DNA from: a virus
Reading direction: 5' to 3' (one strand)
Length of the DNA: 64,000 nucleotides
IMG/VR virus record: IMGVR_UViG_3300023184_000045
Coordinates: 32,001 to 96,000 of that record
Positions 1-7,436 of this stretch are shown here, in pieces (position 1 is the stretch's first letter; each line of letters opens with the position of its first letter). Position numbers and translations under genes: made by a program. The notes under the pieces were generated by a model. It was not told where the DNA came from. It saw only the letters and a program-made list of their open reading frames with translations, and did not search any database.

Positions 1-3000
1 TTGCTACGCCGTTTTGACCAGTGTTATTACCAACTTGAAGAGATCCGTTGCCACCGCCGCCAGTACCACCCATTGCGTAGTAGCTGGCGCCACCACCTGC
101 ATAATATGTTCCAGAACCAGCTGGCCATTCTTTACCGGCGCCGCCTGCGCCAGGATACCCTGATCCAGCAGCGCCTGCACCGCCGCCGCCAGTGACATAG
201 TATCCGCTGCTAGAAGCACCACCATCGTTACCATAACCGCCACTGGCGCTAGCTGGTTGTAATCCATAACCGCCACGGTCAGCAACCCTGGATGTTCCAG
301 CACCCGATCCACCACTATTACCAATGCCATATTGTTGGCCGCCGCCGCCACCTAACGCAGTAATAGTTGATGATCCAGATAATTGTAAAGTTGAATCAAT
401 ACCGTTAGTGGCAACAGCGCCGCCAGCGCCCACTGAAATGGTCAATGTATAGCCAGGGGAAACAGATGATGTTCCCATTACAAAACCGCCTGCACCACCT
501 CCGCCGCCGTTACCGTCATTGCCTGTTCCGCCACCACCACCGCCGCCTGCAATCACTAAGTAATCAAATGCCGATGGCGCATTTCCTAAATCGGGTGAGT
601 ATCCAACACGTAACCCTCTGCCAATGCCGGCACCGCCTGCTACTATTAATGCGCCAGTAGTAGTTGATGTCGACGGCGTAGTGTTGCTGGTTATGATCTG
701 TTGTGTAGTTGTGCCGCTGAATGTACCAGCTGATCCTGCATAGCCAATTGATCCCGAGTAGCCAATTGATCCTGCATATCCTAATCCTGCCGAACCAGTG
801 TAACCAGCTGGACCCGAACTGGTAAACGATGCACCATTGGCCCAAAATATACCACCACTGGTAATTAAACTGCCGGTAGTGGTAATATTTCCACTGGCAA
901 CAATACTGTTGGCATATTCTGTATTGGTTATCGTTTCATAGTTTAATGTAGTAATGTTACCAGTTACTACTAAATTGCCACCAATGTATAAGTCGCCGGA
1001 TACGCCTACTCCGCCAGTGACTACTAATGCGCCTGTGTTAGCACTAGTACTTGGAATTGCACTATAGGATAGTGTGTTGTAGTATTGGCCAGCAGTATCT
1101 GTCAGTACCGTACCGGTGGTTGTTGCATCGTATGTATCTTTATGGTAATAAAGATTAATCTTATAATTAACGCTGCCAGATAAACTTACTGTTTCGGTGT
1201 ATACAACACTATCATTTGTATATAGGTAATTAAATGTTAGTGTTGATCCAGTTTTTCGTACTCGGAATCTAAATGCAATATTACCAACATTGGTGAATGC
1301 ATAATGTATCAAAGGTCGAGCCAGGCCAGCGGATGGATATGCCGTATAGCTGGCCATATCAAGTGCCGCAGTATAAGTGCTTGTGTCGACGTTTAAATAA
1401 CCTATCCCAATTTCGCCTGTGTACATACCAATTCCAGGGAATTCAATTTTAAAATCAAAGTCTGGGCTTGCTGTTGTAAATGTATAGTTAGCAGGATGAT
1501 TGTAACCCGTAGTAGCATTAGTTAACGATATTGAACTTATATACCCAGATGTTACTGCTGTTGCCGATCCAATGTATACATTGCCGTTAATTCCGGCACC
1601 GCCTGCGACTACTAATGCACCTGTTGTAGTGCTAGTTGACGCAGTGGTGTTGCTGGTTATAATCTGCTGTGTAGTTGTCCCACTAAAAGTACCTACTGAT
1701 CCAGCATAGCCAATTGATCCAGTATAACCAATTCCACCAACACTTCCGCTGTAACCGGTTGATCCACTATATCCAACACTTCCGCTGTAACCTGCTGATC
1801 CACTATATCCAATTGGGCCGCTACTAGTAAACGATGTACCATTTGACCAAAATATACCCTGCGTAGTAGGAATTACTAAATTACCGCCAATATATAAATT
1901 GCCTGCTATACCAGCGCCACCACTGACTACTAATGCGCCAGATGTGGTGCTTGTGCTAGTGCTAGTAGCATTGGCTGTACCCGAAGCATTAAAACTAATT
2001 GTCCCGCTGGTTAAGAACGTGTATATTACATAGCTGCCACTTGTAGTTACTGTTGCGTTTGTTGTTGTTGCGGTTGCATAGGTATTAGGATGACGAATAA
2101 TTACAATACCTGAGCCACCAGCACTACCATTACCGCCACCACCTCCGCCGGTATTTGCAGCACCATTTCTTCCCGGACTAGCGCCAGATCCGTTGCCACC
2201 TCCGCCCAGTCCACCAACAGTTGCACCAGTTGAGCCAGCACCGCCGCCTGCATAATACGTAGGAGTTCCAGAAATATTTGTTTGTACGCCGACACCACCA
2301 TCGGTTGGAGTATTGCTCAACGATGTGTTTAATGCAGCAGCGCCAGCACCGCCTCCACCGCCGCCTGCATAGTGTGTGGATCCGGTACCACCTGCATAAC
2401 CTTGTCCTGTTGTGCCAGAACCGGCTGGTACTGTAGGTTCTGCAGATCCACCGCCGGATCCACCATTGGCACCACCAGCACTCATTGATACACCGCCACC
2501 AGCATTGCCACCGCCACTGTTAGGTCCACCGCCACCACCACCTAGAGATACGATAGATACTGCACCGCCTATGATAGAAGAATTTCCACCTTTAAATCCG
2601 GTTACTTCTTCGCCACTAACAGCAGTTCCACCGTTACCAATTGTTACGGTATACGTTACACTAGCTGATACTGCTGCAGGAGATTCTGCGCTGGCTCCAC
2701 CGCCTGACATTTCTCCAACTACACTAGATCTATAACCACCTGCACCACCACCACCAGACCAATAATATCCACCACCAGACCCGCCGCCTGCAACTACAAC
2801 ATACTCAATAGTAGCAGGGGCGCCGGATGGGGTAGTGTACACTCCACCAACAAATAAATTACCAGCAATGCCGCCGCCGCCGGCAACCTGCAATGCGCCT
2901 GTTATGGCACTAGTAGATGGTGTTGTATTTGATGTTATTATCTGTTGTGTAGTTGTGCCGCTGAACGTACCCGTTGATCCAGTATATCCTGCATTACCAA

Positions 3001-5488
3001 TGCTTCCACTATAACCAGCCGAACCAGCATAACCGCTTGATCCGGCATATCCAGCAGATCCTGCATAGCCAACTCCGATTGATCCTGCATAGCCGCTTGA
3101 TCCGGCATAGCCAACACTGCCTGCATATCCGGCAGATCCTGCATAGCCAACACTGCCTGCATAGCCAACCGAACCAACGTATCCTAAATCACCGCGGTCA
3201 CCAGTCCTGGCAAATGTAACAATCAGCGATGTGCCATTAGTAAATGATCCCGGACCCGACAAGTAGGAGATGGGCACATGGAAATGGTTGTGTACCGGCG
3301 CGCCTTCTTCGGTATGATTACCAATAATTGCAAACATTGCATAGTTTGCATTGTTTCCATTTTCTACTACAGTAAAATGTCCCTTGATGCTGGATGTTGA
3401 GTCGTCAATAGTTTGTAAGAAACTGTAGGCCGATACTCCCAACTTATCATAAAAGTTGATGTACATTACCGTAGCAGACGATAGTGTAGTTGAATCAAAT
3501 TCAACGTTGCCTGATGTAGGATCGGTTATGGTAGTATCACTGCTGTAAGTGTAAGAAAAAGCCTCGCCACCAAAATTACCATCGTTACCTTTAGAACCCG
3601 TATAACCAACGCTGCCAGCGTATCCAGCACTACCTGCATAACCTTTACTGCCAGCATATCCCAACGCACCGCTGGCACCCTTAGGACCCTGACCGCCCTG
3701 AATACTATCTTCAATAGCTACATAATCAATTTGAGTTTGATGTGCTACATTGCCGGTGTTACTATGGTATAGTCTAATTGTGGCTGCTCCACTATTAACA
3801 TAATTAGTAGAATCTATTACTTCTAATGCAAACTGATAAAAGCCGCCTAATCCTGTATAAGATCCAATATTATCCCATACTGTTGTTAAATTATTATATA
3901 CTTGAACATAAATTATGTGGCCAGAATTCTGTGTATAATTAATATTTAATGCAACACGATTGAACTTAACGACACCAGTAAATCCAACAGTTACTATCCA
4001 AGCAGGTCCTGCATGCGTGCCGTCAGTAATGGTATAATAATTGCCATCGTTAAAAGTTTGTATGTCAGTCAACCCGCCAGACACATAAACACCATCAGTT
4101 AGCGATATTGATTGCGCTGTATAAGTCAACGATTCTGGTGTAATACCGCTAGCACCAACAGGGCCTGTTGCTCCTGTTGCACCAAATGATCCTGTATAGC
4201 CAATTGGACCTGTTGCGCCTTGGTTACCTTGTGGTCCAGTTACATTACCTACGTCTGCAAATGCAGTTCCTGACCAAACAGCCAAGTGACCATTTGCAGC
4301 TATAATGTAGCCATCACCAAAGTTGCCCACTACAGTATCGTCTGGCCCATTTAACCATGTTAAACTAGGAACTGATCCAAGTATGGTAATACTAGTTCCA
4401 TCAATACCTTTGCTACCTGTGTAACCAAGCGAGCCTGCATAACCAACGCTGCCGACATAGCCTTCGCTGCCTGTATAGCCGACGCCGATCGAGCCAGTAT
4501 AACCAAATGCGCCAGTTGATCCGCTGGCACCCATAACGCCTGTTGCACCAGATGATCCTACTGGGCCAACAATTTTTCCAATATCATTCCATTGTCCGGT
4601 TGACACGTTCCAGAACCATAATGCGCCATCTAAGTGGGCAGCACCGTCGCCGGTGGTAACTATCCAGCCGTAGCCAGCAAACGTATTCCAATCCATTGGC
4701 GCTGCGGGCAAGTCGGCAATAGTTGCTTTGGTACCTTGTAAGGTAACACTAACACCCTGCGCACCGGTTGGACCTGTTGCTCCAGTGGCTCCCGAAGCAC
4801 CAGCGCCTGTTGCACCACGACTGCCTATGTATCCAGCACTGCCGGTATAGCCGTTACTGCCAGAGTAACCCGAAGCCCCAGTGGCTCCAAATCCTGTAGC
4901 ACCCGTTGGACCAGTTGCGCCTTGTGTACCCGGTGTACCTCTGCTGCCAACATAACCATTTGACCCTGCATACCCAGAACTACCTGTGTAGCCAATTGGG
5001 CCAGTGGCACCAGTGTTGTAATACGGAACACCATTTGCGTAGAAATAATGGTCTGAGTATATATTACCAGTTATTGTAACATTGCCTGTGGCTGTTAAAT
5101 CTACTGTAGATATTAAATCGGCACCAGTGATAGCAGCATATGTACCAGTTGTTATAAAACTTTCTGCGTATACATTTCCAGTTACAACAATTGTATTAGC
5201 ATATTCTGTATTGGTTATTATTTCGTAGTTTAGTGTAGTAATGTTACCAGTTACTACTAAATTGCCGCCAACATATAAATTACCTGTGATACCTGCACCA
5301 CCTGCTACAGTTAATGCCCCTGTTGAATAGTCAGTGCTAGCTGTGGTATTTGCTACAAAAAATGTATTATCTGTGCCGTGAACTCCCTGTGCAACCCGCG
5401 ACCAGGCATTGTTTGTAGCAGAATAGATGTAGGTAATCCCATCTATCACTGTTACTGTATTGCCCGCTGGTGTTGTTGGAAATGTCAT
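1..5488 (-). CDS. Giant collagen-like/Gly-rich tail or head fibre protein (>1,829 aa, 3'-truncated by the window edge; absent from the ORF track)
   Basis: ATG at 5488 (MTFPTTPAGNTVTVIDGITYIYSATNNAWSRV). I translated 5488 to ~2650 by hand without a stop, and spot checks at ~2100, ~1080 and 2-60 are open in the same frame. It contains G-X-Y tracts (GATG, GYxGSx), repeated TGALxVxGGxGIxGNLYVG shaft modules and two Gly-rich heads (EYVVVAGGGSGG...GGSGIVIIR). A TAAATA lies 5 nt upstream. Confidence 0.9.
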   Translation of the reverse strand, partial: MTFPTTPAGNTVTVIDGITYIYSATNNAWSRVAQGVHGTDNTFFVANTTASTDYSTGALTVAGGAGITGNLYVGGNLVVTGNITTLNYEIITNTEYANTIVVTGNVYAESFITTGTYAAITGADLISTVDLTATGNVTITGNIYSDHYFYANGVPYYNTGATGPIGYTGSSGYAGSNGYVGSRGTPGTQGATGPTGATGFGATGASGYSGSNGYTGSAGYIGSRGATGAGASGATGATGPTGAQGVSVTLQGTKATIADLPAAPMDWNTFAGYGWIVTTGDGAAHLDGALWFWNVSTGQWNDIGKIVGPVGSSGATGVMGASGSTGAFGYTGSIGVGYTGSEGYVGSVGYAGSLGYTGSKGIDGTSITILGSVPSLTWLNGPDDTVVGNFGDGYIIAANGHLAVWSGTAFADVGNVTGPQGNQGATGPIGYTGSFGATGATGPVGASGITPESLTYTAQSISLTDGVYVSGGLTDIQTFNDGNYYTITDGTHAGPAWIVTVGFTGVVKFNRVALNINYTQNSGHIIYVQVYNNLTTVWDNIGSYTGLGGFYQFALEVIDSTNYVNSGAATIRLYHSNTGNVAHQTQIDYVAIEDSIQGGQGPKGASGALGYAGSKGYAGSAGYAGSVGYTGSKGNDGNFGGEAFSYTYSSDTTITDPTSGNVEFDSTTLSSATVMYINFYDKLGVSAYSFLQTIDDSTSSIKGHFTVVENGNNANYAMFAIIGNHTEEGAPVHNHFHVPISYLSGPGSFTNGTSLIVTFARTGDRGDLGYVGSVGYAGSVGYAGSAGYAGSVGYAGSSGYAGSIGVGYAGSAGYAGSSGYAGSAGYSGSIGNAGYTGSTGTFSGTTTQQIITSNTTPSTSAITGALQVAGGGGIAGNLFVGGVYTTPSGAPATIEYVVVAGGGSGGGYYWSGGGGAGGYRSSVVGEMSGGGASAESPAAVSASVTYTVTIGNGGTAVSGEEVTGFKGGNSSIIGGAVSIVSLGGGGGGPNSGGGNAGGGVSMSAGGANGGSGGGSAEPTVPAGSGTTGQGYAGGTGSTHYAGGGGGGAGAAALNTSLSNTPTDGGVGVQTNISGTPTYYAGGGAGSTGATVGGLGGGGNGSGASPGRNGAANTGGGGGGNGSAGGSGIVIIRHPNTYATATTTNATVTTSGSYVIYTFLTSGTISFNASGTANATSTSTSTTSGALVVSGGAGIAGNLYIGGNLVIPTTQGIFWSNGTSFTSSGPIGYSGSAGYSGSVGYSGSTGYSGSVGGIGYTGSIGYAGSVGTFSGTTTQQIITSNTTASTSTTTGALVVAGGAGINGNVYIGSATAVTSGYISSISLTNATTGYNHPANYTFTTASPDFDFKIEFPGIGMYTGEIGIGYLNVDTSTYTAALDMASYTAYPSAGLARPLIHYAFTNVGNIAFRFRVRKTGSTLTFNYLYTNDSVVYTETVSLSGSVNYKINLYYHKDTYDATTTGTVLTDTAGQYYNTLSYSAIPSTSANTGALVVTGGVGVSGDLYIGGNLVVTGNITTLNYETITNTEYANSIVASGNITTTGSLITSGGIFWANGASFTSSGPAGYTGSAGLGYAGSIGYSGSIGYAGSAGTFSGTTTQQIITSNTTPSTSTTTGALIVAGGAGIGRGLRVGYSPDLGNAPSAFDYLVIAGGGGGGGTGNDGNGGGGGAGGFVMGTSSVSPGYTLTISVGAGGAVATNGIDSTLQLSGSSTITALGGGGGQQYGIGNSGGSGAGTSRVADRGGYGLQPASASGGYGNDGGASSSGYYVTGGGGAGAAGSGYPGAGGAGKEWPAGSGTYYAGGGASYYAMGGTGGGGNGSLQVGNNTGQNGVA

Positions 5489-5493
5489 ATTAG

Positions 5494-5499
5494 TATTTA
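5494..5499 (-). promoter_or_regulatory. Late promoter core TAAATA, 5 nt before the ATG at 5488
   Basis: Plus-strand tattta in a short intergenic gap, oriented with the gene; matches the core of the T4 late promoter TATAAATA. Confidence 0.6.
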
Positions 5500-5510
5500 C
5501 CCATTAATAA

Positions 5511-6062
5511 TCATGCGTTGCCTGCTGGAACTGCGCCTGCTGGCAAAGAATATACAAAAGGGCCGGTGCCCCAATTTATACTGCCAGACCCTGTACTAGA
5601 ACTTGTTCCGTCGTAAACAGCAAAATATAGCTGCCCCGATCCAAAAATTACCTGCGGTGCTGCTCCATCAAATGATACAGTTTGCGCATCTAAATCAACC
5701 AAAATCCTATAGGTAGTCCCGGTAATCATTGGTGCTAAAGATCTGCCCTGGCCGCCATTGCCGTTATAGCCTGATCCATCATGATAATTTCCTGCCCTGG
5801 TAGGCACACGTTGAACTCCTATGTAGCATCCGTAGCCGTCACTGCCTGCTTGTATTGATGTGAATTCAAAGTATATTTTACCCAAAGTTTGACGTAAAGC
5901 ATAAAGAACTGATGCAAATTGTCCTGTTGTAGTAACTGTATTTCCTGTAACCGTAAAACTGCCGCCGCTCCAAGTTGGGTCGTAAGTTAAATCATTTGCA
6001 ATTGTCTGACTAATAATTTTAATACCACCTGACAATGTTATCCCAGTTACAGTTAGTGCCAT
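5511..6062 (-). CDS. Small virion-associated protein with a SPRY/B30.2-like (ConA-type) beta-sandwich
   Basis: Motifs GKIYFEF, CYIGV and GTTYRILVDLDAQTVSF match the SPRY pattern (GKxYxEV ... IGV ... GDVIGxxLDLDxGxxxF). The N-terminus is MALTVTGITLSGGIKI. Confidence 0.65.
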   Translation of the reverse strand: MALTVTGITLSGGIKIISQTIANDLTYDPTWSGGSFTVTGNTVTTTGQFASVLYALRQTLGKIYFEFTSIQAGSDGYGCYIGVQRVPTRAGNYHDGSGYNGNGGQGRSLAPMITGTTYRILVDLDAQTVSFDGAAPQVIFGSGQLYFAVYDGTSSSTGSGSINWGTGPFVYSLPAGAVPAGNA

Positions 6063-6075
6063 TTACTCAATTCCG

Positions 6076-6408
6076 TTAAAGTGTAGGCGATGTGCTTAAA
6101 TATTTTACTGTGGGCCCAGTAAAATCTAGCCAGAATGAGTAAGCGCCATTACTAACAAATTCGTACATTCTATCATTAGTTGTATTGTACCAGAAATCCC
6201 CCACTGTTGCTCCAGTGGGGCTAGTATTGCCTACTCGGGTTGTTGACGAACTAAATGCTTTTCCATTGGCCCAGAACATACCCTTGGTAGTGATAACCGA
6301 AGAAGTAGTAGAAATATTACCAGTGGTGATTATGCTGCCAGAATTGGCGTCAATGGTTAAATTGCCTACCGTGAGGCCGTTTTTTGCTACAAAATTTTTA
6401 GTTGCCAC
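6076..6408 (-). CDS. Small fibre-associated adaptor protein
   Basis: GTG start. It shares GNIxTTxSxITxxGxFWxNG with modules of the 1-5488 fibre, followed by SPTGATVGDFWYNTTNDRMYEF, a typical phage fibre segment. Confidence 0.7.
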   Translation of the reverse strand: MATKNFVAKNGLTVGNLTIDANSGSIITTGNISTTSSVITTKGMFWANGKAFSSSTTRVGNTSPTGATVGDFWYNTTNDRMYEFVSNGAYSFWLDFTGPTVKYLSTSPTL

Positions 6409-6436
6409 AGTTCATTTTCCCTATAGGCTTGTATGT

Positions 6437-6442
6437 TATTTA
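6437..6442 (-). promoter_or_regulatory. Late promoter core TAAATA, inside an imperfect inverted repeat (6427-6459)
   Basis: tattta in the intergenic gap; flanking arms are gcttg/caagc and gttatt/aataac. Confidence 0.5.
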
Positions 6443-6473
6443 TCTAGAATAACTCAAGCTATGGGTGGCACTA

Positions 6474-7331
6474 TTATCCCTTACGTATTACATACCCGGT
6501 TGCAGTACTAGACCCTAGTGTAGTGCGCTGATAGGTAATTGTAACACTGCTGCTGTCACCAATTGCGTACAGATCAATGTTACCATCAGTTACGTCTGAT
6601 GCGTAGTTAGCTACTTCATAGTCGTTGTCACTTAACAATACTGCATATTCAGTGAAAAATGTCATGATTCCGTTGTTAATGCAATCAATTGTGCTAAATT
6701 TATATCTATTATTGATGTTGTCAACTGCACTTAGTAACCATCTCACAGTAGTGGTGCCAGACAACGGAGTATGATCAGCAACCACCAATTCATCTGCAAT
6801 AGTAACATGCCCATTGTAGATGTTGCTGTCAACTACATAAGGACTACCATCGGCATTTGATATACTGTCAGAATACACTTTTCCAGCAGTGATATTATCA
6901 GTAGTAATATTGCCAGTGGTAATACCAAAAGTATTAATAATGTTGCCAGAATAAACATTACCAGTGGTAATGTTGCTAGTAGTAATACCAAAAGTATTAA
7001 TAATGTTGCCAGAATACACTTTTCCAGCATTGATATTGCCAGTGGTAATGTTGCTAGTAGTAATACTAAAAGTATTAATAACGTTGCCAGAATAAATATT
7101 GCCAGCAGTAACGCTGGTGTTGCTAACAATATTACCGGCAGTAACACTAACAGCACTAATGTTGCCGCTTGTGCCACCAGATCCACTGATTGCTTTAATA
7201 TTACCGTCGGTGTGTTTAATATAAAGTATGGCATCGGCTGTGTTAACAGCAATTTCGCCCACTTCGAGGTCTCCAGCCACTGGAACTTTTCCAGGAACCG
7301 CAGATCGTTTTAATTTAATTGTGCTTGCCAT
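6474..7331 (-). CDS. Short fibre protein with a T4 gp37/Mtd-type N-terminal connector
   Basis: TIKLKRSAVPGKVP..DLEVGEIAVNTADAILYIKHTDGNI aligns by eye with the T4 gp37 N-terminus (IQFKRS...GELAINLKD..IFTKDDSGNI). Internal GNVYSGNIINTFGITTxNITT repeats follow. Confidence 0.75.
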   Translation of the reverse strand: MASTIKLKRSAVPGKVPVAGDLEVGEIAVNTADAILYIKHTDGNIKAISGSGGTSGNISAVSVTAGNIVSNTSVTAGNIYSGNVINTFSITTSNITTGNINAGKVYSGNIINTFGITTSNITTGNVYSGNIINTFGITTGNITTDNITAGKVYSDSISNADGSPYVVDSNIYNGHVTIADELVVADHTPLSGTTTVRWLLSAVDNINNRYKFSTIDCINNGIMTFFTEYAVLLSDNDYEVANYASDVTDGNIDLYAIGDSSSVTITYQRTTLGSSTATGYVIRKG

Positions 7332-7377
7332 AATTTATGGACCATCCTAAGTGCTATATAGCCAATGCATAAAATAA

Positions 7378-7401
7378 AACCAGGATTTTGAAGCCCTGGT
7401 T
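7378..7401 (-). terminator. Possible intrinsic terminator hairpin
   Basis: aaccagg(7378-7384)/cctggtt(7395-7401), followed on the minus strand by UUAUUUUAU. Confidence 0.45.
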
Positions 7402-7436
7402 ACCTGCATTATAAACTTCAATAAAGTATTTATTCT

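Noticed and set aside
6474-7331. Diversity-generating retroelement suggested by the Mtd-like N-terminus
   Set aside because: No reverse transcriptase, no template/variable repeat pair differing only at adenines, and no C-type-lectin C-terminus in this window.
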